A stretch of DNA of 61,359 nt, the filler included. It is 3 parts of 3 records of this genome, joined end to end, with 100 filler letters (N's around TTAATTAATTAA, not from the genome) between each part and the next. Parts side by side here need not be neighbours in the genome. Positions count along the whole stretch, not along the records: positions 1 to 30,023 come from SRR20825019_1003; positions 30,124 to 51,479 come from SRR20825019_1016; 1 more part is not named here. The stretch is one strand, 5' to 3'. Below, one piece after another: positions 21,205-30,204 of the stretch. The translations under genes were made by a program, and so were the position numbers. Each line of letters opens with the position of its first letter. The stretch's first letter is position 1. A model generated the notes under the pieces. That model had not been told where the DNA came from. It did no database searches and saw nothing but the letters and a program-made list of their open reading frames with translations.

Positions 21205-22644
21205 ATGGATACCAGTACAGCCCAGATTATAATAGAAGTTTTTCATTATTTGTTTTTCACCGGTTCTGTATTGGCAATACTTTCCTATATTATATTATCT
21301 ATAATTTCGGCACGTGAAACCATAGAGTATGTTAAAAAAAATAGTTTTGTAAACTATAATCACATTTTATCTTCCCCTATATCGCCTTCAGTAACAATTA
21401 TTGCACCTGCTTATAACGAGAGTCTTAATGTAGTAGAAAACGTAAGGTCGTTACTTTCTAATCATTATCCCAATTATAATGTAATTATTGTAAACGATGG
21501 AAGTGCCGATGATAGTTTGGAAAAACTTATTGAAGCTTATGATTTAGAGCATATTGATTATGTAGTAAAAGGAAAAATAAAAACCCAACCATTTAGAAGA
21601 GGTGTTTTTAAATCAAATAACCCAGCCTTCGAGAAGCTGATTGTAGTAGATAAAGAAAACGGTGGGAAAGCAGATGCGCTAAATATGGGTTTAAATATTA
21701 GCGAAAGTAAATATGTAGCCTGTATAGATGTAGACTGTTTACTATTAGAGGATTCACTTCAAAAAATGATAAAGCCCTTTATGGAGGCATCAGATCATAA
21801 AGTAATTGCAGCGGGTGGAGTTATTAGAATTGCGAATTCATGCCGTATAAAAGGAGGGAAGTTACTAGAAGTTAATTTGCCAAAAAATCTATTGGTTCAA
21901 GCGCAGATTTTAGAATATTTACGAGCATTTTTACTAGGTAGAATGGCATGGAGTAGGCTAAATGGTTTGTTAGTTATTTCGGGAGCATTTGGCATTTTCG
22001 ACAAAAATATAGCAATTGAGGTTGGTGGTTACGACACAAAAACCGTAGGAGAAGATATGGAAATCATTGTTAGAATGAGACGCTATATGGAGGAACAAAA
22101 CAAAAAATATAGAGTGGCTTATATTCCAGATCCATTATGCTGGACTGAAGCTCCTGATAATTATAAAACACTTATATCTCAAAGAAATAGATGGACACGC
22201 GGTACTATTGAAACCCTTAGAAAGCACCGAAAAATAGCCTTCAATAAAAACTATGGCAAGTTTGGTTTAATAAGCTATCCTTATTGGTTAATTTTTGAAC
22301 GTTTGGCACCAATTATTGAATTAACAGGTTTAATTTATTTCGGAATTCTAATTTATTTTGGCTTAGTACATTGGGAATATGCAGTGTTATTTATTGCGAT
22401 AGCTTACTTTTTTTCGGTACTATTTTCAACAGTAGCTTTGTATTCTGAAGAATTAACTTACAATCAATACAAGAAAAGAGGTGCAGGATATAGGTTGATC
22501 CTCTTATGTTTTATCGAACCTCTTATTCTACATCCTGTTGTATTATACGCAGCAATTAGAGGAAATATAGATTATTATTTCAATAAGAAAAAGAAATGGG
22601 GAGCAATGGAACGAAAAGGAATGGCAAACGGTGAAACTAATTAA
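21205..22644 (+). CDS. Processive GT2 glycosyltransferase (PgaC/IcaA/cellulose-synthase-like)
   Basis: PAYNE, VNDGS, KENGGKADALN, IDVD (DxD), VGED, QRNRW (QxxRW); TM helices at both ends; no PilZ domain. Confidence 0.93.
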   Translation: MDTSTAQIIIEVFHYLFFTGSVLAILSYIILSIISARETIEYVKKNSFVNYNHILSSPISPSVTIIAPAYNESLNVVENVRSLLSNHYPNYNVIIVNDGSADDSLEKLIEAYDLEHIDYVVKGKIKTQPFRRGVFKSNNPAFEKLIVVDKENGGKADALNMGLNISESKYVACIDVDCLLLEDSLQKMIKPFMEASDHKVIAAGGVIRIANSCRIKGGKLLEVNLPKNLLVQAQILEYLRAFLLGRMAWSRLNGLLVISGAFGIFDKNIAIEVGGYDTKTVGEDMEIIVRMRRYMEEQNKKYRVAYIPDPLCWTEAPDNYKTLISQRNRWTRGTIETLRKHRKIAFNKNYGKFGLISYPYWLIFERLAPIIELTGLIYFGILIYFGLVHWEYAVLFIAIAYFFSVLFSTVALYSEELTYNQYKKRGAGYRLILLCFIEPLILHPVVLYAAIRGNIDYYFNKKKKWGAMERKGMANGETN

Positions 22645-22664
22645 TTTTTATTGGCATTTAATAT

Positions 22665-25088
22665 ATGAAGTTCGGGCTAAAAAATAAAGACCTTTTAAAT
22701 TATGTATACCTGCTAATTGCATTAGTTCTGGCATTTTGGTTAATTGGTGTTTATGAAATTGCTATGTCTAAACCATTAGGCGAAGGTGATATAAATGTTG
22801 CACTTACTTTATTTTATAAATTCCTTAATGATTTTTGGTTTGGAGTAGTTGTCGGGATACTTTTTTTGCCATTATATTTAATCATAAATAGTTGGAGTAA
22901 AAAGATTGCTACAGTATTAATATCCATAATTTTTTCGATAATTGTTATTATTCAATTTTCGCTTGTAAAGTATAGCTTAACAACATTAATTAATTTAGGG
23001 GCAGATATTTTAGGCTATTCGTATAACGATGCATTTAATACAGTTGCTAGTTCAGAGTCTATTTCATTCACTTATTTTCTGCCATTTATTATTTTCCCAG
23101 CAGTATTTATTTTGTTGTATATACTAATTAAAAAATACAATAACAGTCGTACTCTGCTTTGGGGAGGAATTGCAGCTATTATAATTTTCGGAAGTACAGC
23201 ATTACTATTACAGGATGCAACAGCAGAAAGATTTCAAAATAAAATAGCCTTTTTAGCGAACGACCTAATAAAATTTAAAGCTGAAGCTAATAAAATGAAT
23301 GCCTTAAACTTTTCAGATAGAGATGATTTCCCGTTACTAAAACCCTTTGATACCCCCGATGTTTTATCGTCTTTTTTTAATTTAAATGAAGAAAAACCTA
23401 ATATAGTTTTTATAGTAGTTGAAGGATTGGGTAGTGAGTTTCTTGATGGCAATGATTACAGTGGCTTTACACCCTATCTCGATGGTTTGATTAATAAATC
23501 GTTGTATTGGGAAAACTTTGTAAGCACCACAGGGCGATCGTTTGGGCTTTTACCATCTTTATTTGGTTCGTTACCTTATGGGGAAACGGGGTTTTTAGAA
23601 ATAAAAGACACCCCATCTCACCTATCTCTGATAAACATTCTGAAAGCTAACGGCTATTATACTTCTTTCTATTCTGGAGATGCCTCCAGTTTTGATAGAA
23701 AAATAAAGTTTTTAGAGTATAATGGCATAGACAATTTAATTGATGAAGCTAGTTATAGCTCAGATTACATTAAAACTAAAGCTAATGATGGTGGCTTTTC
23801 ATGGGGTTATCCTGATGGGGAAATTTTCAGAAAAGCAATGCAATCACTTAATATTGAAAAGCAACCCCGATTAGATATTATAATGACGCTTACTAATCAC
23901 GAGCCATTTCAATATCCAGATAAAGAAAATTATATGGTTCAAGTGGGTGATTTAATTAAAGCATCTCAAAAACCCGAAGCATTAAAAAATAAAATTTTAG
24001 GGCATAGCGATATTTTTGGGAGTCTTTTATATACAGACAATAGCCTTAAAAATTTTATGCAGGCCTATTCAGAAAGGCCAGATTACAACAATACTATTTT
24101 TATAATAACAGGTGATCATAGGTTAATACCCATAGCAATGAAGGATAAGCTTTGTAGGTATCATGTGCCACTTTTATTTTATAGCCCGATGTTAAAAAAT
24201 GCTGAAAAATTTAAATCAGTTTCTTCACATTGGGATGTAACTCCAAGTTTATTAAGTTTTTTATTCAACAACTATAAATTTAACCCATTAGAACAAACAG
24301 CATGGATGGGTAAAGGATTAGATACCGTTAAAACATTTAGAAATTTAAATAGTATTCCCTTAATGCGATATAAAGGGGATATTAATGATATGATTTATAA
24401 AGAGTATTTATATTCCGGAAATGAATTGTATAAAATTAACGAACGTTTTGAAACTAGTAAAGTAGCGGATACGGCTATTTTAAGAACAATTACTGATTCT
24501 TTAATGGCATTTAAAAAAATGAATGCTTACGTTACCCAACGTGAAAAAATATTCCCAGAGGCGCTTAATACATATTCCAACTCAAAAACAAAATTTTCAA
24601 AAGCACAGTTAGCTGAAATTAATAAGTATGCAGAAGGAAAGAGTTTTGATGAATTATTTATAATCGCCAGAGATCTTGCTTTTAAAAAACATTTTGAAAT
24701 TTCCAATTTACTCATTGATTATATTTTAAATGAATTTCCAAATTATTCAGATGCAAGAGTTTTAAAAGGAAGAATCTTAGCGTGGCAAGGAAATTTTGAA
24801 GACTCTGAAGTGGTCTTGTTAGAAGCCATCAAACGATCTCCATACATAAGTAATGGTTATGAAGCAATTTTAGATATGTATTGGTGGTCTAATCAAGAGA
24901 AAAAATCAAAAGCTATTTTTGATCAAGCTATAAAAAACGAAGTGGAAAATCCAGAGATTAGTTTTAAAATGGCCAAGGCTTATCAACGAATTAATGAAGC
25001 AGAAAATGCACGTAAAATCATGGATAGTCTTATTCAATTATATCCAAATACGTCTGAGTATACAAATTTTAATACCAGCATACAATAA
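22665..25088 (+). CDS. LTA-synthase/sulfatase-superfamily membrane transferase with C-terminal TPRs
   Basis: About five TM helices, KPNIVFIVVEGL, GRSFG, TLTNHEPF, ITGDH, YHVPLLFY; TPR-like tail (FPNYSDARVLKGRILAW). Confidence 0.88.
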   Translation: MKFGLKNKDLLNYVYLLIALVLAFWLIGVYEIAMSKPLGEGDINVALTLFYKFLNDFWFGVVVGILFLPLYLIINSWSKKIATVLISIIFSIIVIIQFSLVKYSLTTLINLGADILGYSYNDAFNTVASSESISFTYFLPFIIFPAVFILLYILIKKYNNSRTLLWGGIAAIIIFGSTALLLQDATAERFQNKIAFLANDLIKFKAEANKMNALNFSDRDDFPLLKPFDTPDVLSSFFNLNEEKPNIVFIVVEGLGSEFLDGNDYSGFTPYLDGLINKSLYWENFVSTTGRSFGLLPSLFGSLPYGETGFLEIKDTPSHLSLINILKANGYYTSFYSGDASSFDRKIKFLEYNGIDNLIDEASYSSDYIKTKANDGGFSWGYPDGEIFRKAMQSLNIEKQPRLDIIMTLTNHEPFQYPDKENYMVQVGDLIKASQKPEALKNKILGHSDIFGSLLYTDNSLKNFMQAYSERPDYNNTIFIITGDHRLIPIAMKDKLCRYHVPLLFYSPMLKNAEKFKSVSSHWDVTPSLLSFLFNNYKFNPLEQTAWMGKGLDTVKTFRNLNSIPLMRYKGDINDMIYKEYLYSGNELYKINERFETSKVADTAILRTITDSLMAFKKMNAYVTQREKIFPEALNTYSNSKTKFSKAQLAEINKYAEGKSFDELFIIARDLAFKKHFEISNLLIDYILNEFPNYSDARVLKGRILAWQGNFEDSEVVLLEAIKRSPYISNGYEAILDMYWWSNQEKKSKAIFDQAIKNEVENPEISFKMAKAYQRINEAENARKIMDSLIQLYPNTSEYTNFNTSIQ

Positions 25089-25101
25089 AACGATTCCTAT
25101 C

Positions 25102-26355
25102 ATGAAAAAGTTCTTTTTAGTTTTACTAATTTTCACTAGTATCAGTTCTTTTGGGCAAGAAAGGGTTTTTACAGGCGATCCAGATAAAGCATTTGAAACT
25201 GCTAGAGAAATGGCGTTTAACGATCAAAGAGCACAAGCGCAAGATACGCTCCGATTACTTCTGGTAAAATACCCTAATTACCACGATATTCGTTCTTTTT
25301 TAGCTAACACTTACTCTTGGGACGGGGATTATAAAAAAGCTAAACAGGAATTTGAGTATATATTGAATGATAGTCCCGACCGATTGAATGATTGGGAAGC
25401 AATAATAACAAATGAATTGAGAAGTGACGCTCCCCAAAACGCTTTAGCAATGACTGATGAAGCTTTTAAATATTTCCCTAACAATGCGGAATTATTGTAT
25501 TTAAAAGCCACGGCAGAAGACGACTTAGAGAATAGCGAAGCAGCGTTACATACCCTTAATAAGATATTATACACAAATCCGGAACACGAAAAAGCACAGC
25601 GCTTTAAAGTAAATTTAATAGATAAATTAAGTAAAAATTCTATTGGTATATCAACATCTGTTGATGTTTATTCAGAAGTTTTTGATCCAATGGAATATTA
25701 TTTAGTAAAATATTCCAGACAAACTAAATTAGGTAGTATTCATGCTAAGATGAATATAAACCATAGGTTTTCATCTACAGGTGTACAATTTGAAATAGAT
25801 GCGTATCCTAAAATTACAAAAGGATTGTATGCCTATGCAAATGTGGGTGTTTCAAATTCGTTTTTATTTCCAGATATAAGGTTTGGTGGTGAATTATATA
25901 AATCACTTCCTAAAAGTTTTGAAACTTCTCTTGGGTTTAGAACACTTAAATTCACTTCATATACAACTATTTTTACGGGGTCTGTGGGTTGGTATACTGG
26001 CAATAGCTATTTGTCATTTCGTTCCTATGTTACACCGGGAGAACCAGATACTAGTATTTCAGGAACGTTGAGTTATAGAAGGTATGGGAAAGATGCAGAA
26101 ACGTATTTCAGTGTAGCTGCGGGAATTGGGTTTTCACCAGAAATATACAGATTTTATGGCGAATTTAATGAGGATGCTATTGTTAATCTCGACTCCCAAA
26201 AATTCAACTTAGGTTACAACTTTTCAAGTAAAAATAAAAAAAATTCATTTGGAGTTAATGCAGGTGTAGTACATCAAGAAATTAGCTTTGCCCCAGGAGA
26301 ATACTTTTGGATTTACTCCTTCTCATTGTCTTGGAATATGAAATACGTGAAGTGA
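25102..26355 (+). CDS. YaiO-family outer membrane beta-barrel with N-terminal TPRs
   Basis: Signal peptide MKKFFLVLL (start moved to 25102), TPR YPNYHDIRSFLANTYSW, barrel with QFEIDAYP and alternating aromatic strands. Confidence 0.85.
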   Translation: MKKFFLVLLIFTSISSFGQERVFTGDPDKAFETAREMAFNDQRAQAQDTLRLLLVKYPNYHDIRSFLANTYSWDGDYKKAKQEFEYILNDSPDRLNDWEAIITNELRSDAPQNALAMTDEAFKYFPNNAELLYLKATAEDDLENSEAALHTLNKILYTNPEHEKAQRFKVNLIDKLSKNSIGISTSVDVYSEVFDPMEYYLVKYSRQTKLGSIHAKMNINHRFSSTGVQFEIDAYPKITKGLYAYANVGVSNSFLFPDIRFGGELYKSLPKSFETSLGFRTLKFTSYTTIFTGSVGWYTGNSYLSFRSYVTPGEPDTSISGTLSYRRYGKDAETYFSVAAGIGFSPEIYRFYGEFNEDAIVNLDSQKFNLGYNFSSKNKKNSFGVNAGVVHQEISFAPGEYFWIYSFSLSWNMKYVK

Positions 26356-26388
26356 TTTATTTTTTAAAACTTTAGGATTTAATTTAAT

Positions 26389-26423
26389 ATAAAAATAGCG
26401 AGAATCTAACTCGCTATTTTTAT
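26389..26423. terminator. Bidirectional intrinsic terminator between convergent operons
   Basis: ATAAAAATAGCGAG…CTCGCTATTTTTAT. Confidence 0.8.
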
Positions 26424-26471
26424 TTGCATACTTTATAAAAGTGCTTTTAACCCATACTTTATTTACTTTGG

Positions 26472-26891
26472 TTAAGGGAGAAACTTATCTCTTAATTCTA
26501 AAACCAAAGCTTTGGACAATGGTTTGTCCATATAATCTTTAATGTGGGTGTTATTTCCAGCTCGCTCTTTGTCGTCTGGATTAAGTGATGAGGTTAGCAT
26601 TACTATAATATGGCTTCCCTTCTGGTTTTCATCAAGCTTGTTATATTCTTCCATAAACTCAAACCCATTCATTGCAGGCATATTAATATCAAGAAATATT
26701 AAATCTGGTTGGGGGTATGTATCTTCCATTCCGTTGTAATTTCTTTTAGATGTAAGATAATCTAGCCCTTCTTGCCCACTGGTAACTGAATGAATATTGT
26801 TTGCAACGCCAGCTAAGTTTATGATTATTTCGTGATATTCATTTGTTGCGGTATCATCATCAATTAGTAAAATTGTATTAAATTTTTTCAT
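26472..26891 (-). CDS. Single-domain response regulator
   Basis: LIDDD, FLDINMP, LTSS, KPL. Confidence 0.92.
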   Translation of the reverse strand: MKKFNTILLIDDDTATNEYHEIIINLAGVANNIHSVTSGQEGLDYLTSKRNYNGMEDTYPQPDLIFLDINMPAMNGFEFMEEYNKLDENQKGSHIIVMLTSSLNPDDKERAGNNTHIKDYMDKPLSKALVLELRDKFLP

Positions 26892-28402
26892 ATTTTTTTT
26901 AATTCTTTAAAGATAGTAAAATAAAATGTGCACCCTTTATTAATCTCAGACTCAATCCAAATTTTACCTTGGTGCATATCAACAATTTTTTTACAAATAG
27001 ATAGTCCAATTCCGGTACCTTGATATTCGTCTTTGTTGTGAAGTCTTTGAAAAATAACAAAAACCCTATCAAAATATTTTTTATCCATACCAATACCATT
27101 ATCCTTAACAGAAAATAGCCAATAATCTGGCTGCTCATCAACTTTTATTTGAATATGCGGTGCGGTATCAGCTATTCTAAATTTCAACCCGTTGTTGATT
27201 AAATTTTGAAAAAGTTGTTTCAATTCAATCCCTAAGCCCATTACTGTTGGTAAGTTATCATACTCTATTGTTGCATTTGTGTCTTTTATTATCAATTCAT
27301 GATCTAATAGAATATCATTTACTATTTTATTAATGTCTACAGGTGTTACTTCTTTTACTTTCCCAATTTTTGAATAGTCTAATAAGTCTTTTATGAGGGT
27401 TTTCATTCTTAAAGACGCCTTTTCAATATGGTTCATATATTTTATAGCGTTGCTGTCTAATTGATCAATATATAATTCACTAATTAGTCCAATATAACTA
27501 GACATTGTTCGAAGTGGTTCTTGAAGATCATGTGAAGCTACATACACAAATTGTTCAAGTTCTTTATTAACAGATTTTATTTCTTCAATCTGTTTCTCTT
27601 GCTCTGTAAAACTTATTTTTAGTTCTTGAGCCATAGCGTTGAATGATTTTCCTAAATCTGCTAATTCATTTTTTCCTTCAATTTCAATACGCTCATCTAA
27701 ATTTCCTTTGCTCATTTTAAATGCGGCTTTTTTCAACTTATATATGGGTTCAGAAATAGTATAAGTAATTTGAACTGTAATGAGAATGGCAAGTAAAATT
27801 CCGACAAGACCTGTGATTAAAATAATATTTGAGACAGATTTTAAATTACTTGAAAGTTCAGCGTTATAACTATCAAAAGCGCGTGAATAATTTAAATTGA
27901 GATGATCAATGTAATTATCGATTGATATATTAAGATTCGAAATTTTATCGTTATAAATGGCTAATGCAAGGTCTACATTGGCTTCATTTTCAATTTTACT
28001 ATTGAAAAGACTTCTAAATTTAACAGTATTGGCAGTTAATGCTTCAGTGTCCTTGATTAATTTTTCTAATAAAACGCTATCAGTACTGTCTTCAGGCAAA
28101 TCTTCTTTTAGAACAGACAATTGTTTTTGTATAAACGTGAGTTCCACTTCTACAATTCCCTTTACTCTATTAATTGTGCTAATCTTATCGTCTCCATTTA
28201 TTCTATTGGTTAAAAGAAGGTCTAGTTCTTTATTGATAGATTCATACTTGTGTAGTACAGTAATTGCTGGATTTATTTTTGATTGAAGTGTATTGTAGGT
28301 TTGAGTCGCTCTGTTTGAAATAACTTGATTAAGAATAATTTCACCTAGTAAAATAACTATTAATACACCAAAAGCAAGGATTAATTTATTTAGTATTTTC
28401 AT
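26888..28402 (-). CDS. Sensor histidine kinase (periplasmic domain, HAMP, HisKA, HATPase)
   Basis: Two TM helices, HAMP (NELADLGKSFNAM), ASHDLQEPLR, DNGIG, GTGIGL. Confidence 0.94.
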   Translation of the reverse strand: MKILNKLILAFGVLIVILLGEIILNQVISNRATQTYNTLQSKINPAITVLHKYESINKELDLLLTNRINGDDKISTINRVKGIVEVELTFIQKQLSVLKEDLPEDSTDSVLLEKLIKDTEALTANTVKFRSLFNSKIENEANVDLALAIYNDKISNLNISIDNYIDHLNLNYSRAFDSYNAELSSNLKSVSNIILITGLVGILLAILITVQITYTISEPIYKLKKAAFKMSKGNLDERIEIEGKNELADLGKSFNAMAQELKISFTEQEKQIEEIKSVNKELEQFVYVASHDLQEPLRTMSSYIGLISELYIDQLDSNAIKYMNHIEKASLRMKTLIKDLLDYSKIGKVKEVTPVDINKIVNDILLDHELIIKDTNATIEYDNLPTVMGLGIELKQLFQNLINNGLKFRIADTAPHIQIKVDEQPDYWLFSVKDNGIGMDKKYFDRVFVIFQRLHNKDEYQGTGIGLSICKKIVDMHQGKIWIESEINKGCTFYFTIFKELKKI

Positions 28403-28414
28403 AGTGAAATTGTA

Positions 28415-29566
28415 TTATCTTTTAATTTTGGTAAGTGGGTTTTCTTTAGACCCAAACTTATATAATGAAAAGTATATGCCTTTGGAAGTTCCATTATCCT
28501 TAATAGCAATATTGCCGCAAATACCCTGATAATAATTTACTTCATAAAGGGCTTCTCTCAGCCAATCGTCAAAAGCTATGTTTTTATCCTTACTTTTATT
28601 AATAGTTCTAAGTTTACTTAGCATTATATTCATTGCATCATAAGCTTGCATGGGAGGCCAAATGGAAGAAGGTTTTTCAATAAACCTATTTTCATAACTT
28701 GTTAGAAATTCAGCAGCGCGCGAATAATTACCGTCAGATTGCGTAAAGAAGGGGAATTCAGTACCTACTATTGCTCCTTCAGAATTGCTGTAAAATTCTG
28801 GGTCAAGTAAAACAGTTGATCCAAAAAATGGAGCTGTAATACCCATATCCCTCGCTTCTTTCATTGCAAAACCAAATTCCTTATAACCAAAAAACACATA
28901 AGCGTCGTAATTTTCGTTTTTAAGAAGTTTTAATTGGTCTGTAAATGTAGTTTGTCCGGCTTTTACTGGGATTATTTTTATTTCAACCTTAGATAAATCC
29001 AATAGTCTTTTAACTTCTTTTGTTGCATTAGTCATATAATCATTTGGAAATTGAAATACAGCAACTTTTTTGAGTCCTAATTCTATAATCCGAACAGCAA
29101 CCAGCCTATTGGTTTCTTCTGTAGATTTAGCAATATTGAAAACATTATTATTAAATGAGTTGAATAATTCGCCGTTATTTAAAGGATTTACTAATATTAC
29201 TTCATCTTCCAAAATTTTCTTTTGTACGCTAACTGTACCGTCAGTATTACTAATAAATAAGACACTAATATCGTGTTCTTTTCGTAGCTTTTCATAAGCA
29301 GGGATAGCATTGTCCTTGTCCCATTTATCATCTTCAATGTACAAATTAACCTTTGGCTCGGTTTCTAATCGGTTTGAATTATACTGTTCTATAGCTAATT
29401 GCATAGCGTTTGAAGGCGCTATCCCTAAATCTGTAGCTCTTACAGTGAGTGGTCCAATATACCCAATGTTTATTTCGGCTACTTTATTTGTTTCACAACC
29501 GTAAAAGCTTAAGTAAATTAATATTGAAGCAATAAAAACTAAGGGCAATGAGTTGTTTTTTTTCAT
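28415..29566 (-). CDS. Type I (LivJ-like) substrate-binding lipoprotein
   Basis: Lipobox-like FYGC, INIGYIGPLT, IEDDK, QAYDA, YQGICGNI. Confidence 0.85.
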   Translation of the reverse strand: MKKNNSLPLVFIASILIYLSFYGCETNKVAEINIGYIGPLTVRATDLGIAPSNAMQLAIEQYNSNRLETEPKVNLYIEDDKWDKDNAIPAYEKLRKEHDISVLFISNTDGTVSVQKKILEDEVILVNPLNNGELFNSFNNNVFNIAKSTEETNRLVAVRIIELGLKKVAVFQFPNDYMTNATKEVKRLLDLSKVEIKIIPVKAGQTTFTDQLKLLKNENYDAYVFFGYKEFGFAMKEARDMGITAPFFGSTVLLDPEFYSNSEGAIVGTEFPFFTQSDGNYSRAAEFLTSYENRFIEKPSSIWPPMQAYDAMNIMLSKLRTINKSKDKNIAFDDWLREALYEVNYYQGICGNIAIKDNGTSKGIYFSLYKFGSKENPLTKIKR

Positions 29567-29937
29567 CTTTTAATACTACTTTATATAATAAACCACGGCT
29601 TAGGTTTTTAATTTTTTTTAAAAATTAATTTGAAGGTTTTTTATCTAATAAATTAATTAGATAAAACGACTTAAATTTACTAATAATCTGAAAATCAAAT
29701 ACTTAATACTGAGTTCTTATTGTTTTTAATATGTTTCTTTTGTAAGAACTCCTAAGATATAAACAATTAAAAAAAATTACAGGATTTATTTAAAGTATAT
29801 CCATATTTAAGTTGAAAAAACGGTTTACTACGAGAAAATTTTGAAAAGATTATTAAAGAAGCTTTCTTACAAGTTGAATATAATTCGAAATAGTTTTTTT
29901 ATTACAATATACTATTAAATGTTATTGCAAAAAATAA

Positions 29938-29972
29938 AAAAACCCGATAAACATAGTGTTTATCGGGTTTTA
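29938..29972 (-). terminator. Terminator downstream of tRNA-Ser
   Basis: AAACCCGATAAACA-TAG-TGTTTATCGGGTTT hairpin with U-run on the minus strand. Confidence 0.75.
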
Positions 29973-29994
29973 GGTGAGATTTGATAATCTCTAA

Positions 29995-30023
29995 GCGGAG
30001 AAAGAGGGATTCGAACCCCCGGA
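29995..30023 (-). tRNA. 3' fragment of a tRNA, probably tRNA-Ser, cut by the contig end
   Basis: Minus strand TCCGGGGGTTCGAATCCCTCTTTCTCCGC gives a T-arm (GTTCGAATC) plus acceptor-stem 3' strand; anticodon not visible. Confidence 0.8.
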
Positions 30024-30123
30024 NNNNNNNNNNNNNNNNNNNNNNNNNNNNNNNNNNNNNNNNNNNNTTAATTAATTAANNNNNNNNNNNNNNNNNNNNN
30101 NNNNNNNNNNNNNNNNNNNNNNN
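30024..30123. other. Artificial contig spacer
   Basis: 44 N + TTAATTAATTAA (stops in six frames) + 44 N; base composition and gene content switch across it. Confidence 0.99.
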
Positions 30124-30165
30124 CCACATGGATGTGCCGCAAGGAGCGTGTTTCGGGAGAAGGAG
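30124..30165. repeat. Fragment of a dispersed intergenic repeat at the contig start
   Basis: CCACATGGATGTGCCGCAAGGAGCGTGTTTCGGGAGAAGG; shares a CATGGATG core with the contig end at 51443-51479. Confidence 0.55.
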
Positions 30166-30204
30166 CCGCACCCGATCAGCCTTGCACCAACAGCCAGAAC
30201 TAAC

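Noticed and set aside
30068-30079. TTAATTAATTAA palindrome (also at 51524-51535) as a regulatory or recombination site
   Set aside because: Six-frame stop linker embedded in N padding; synthetic
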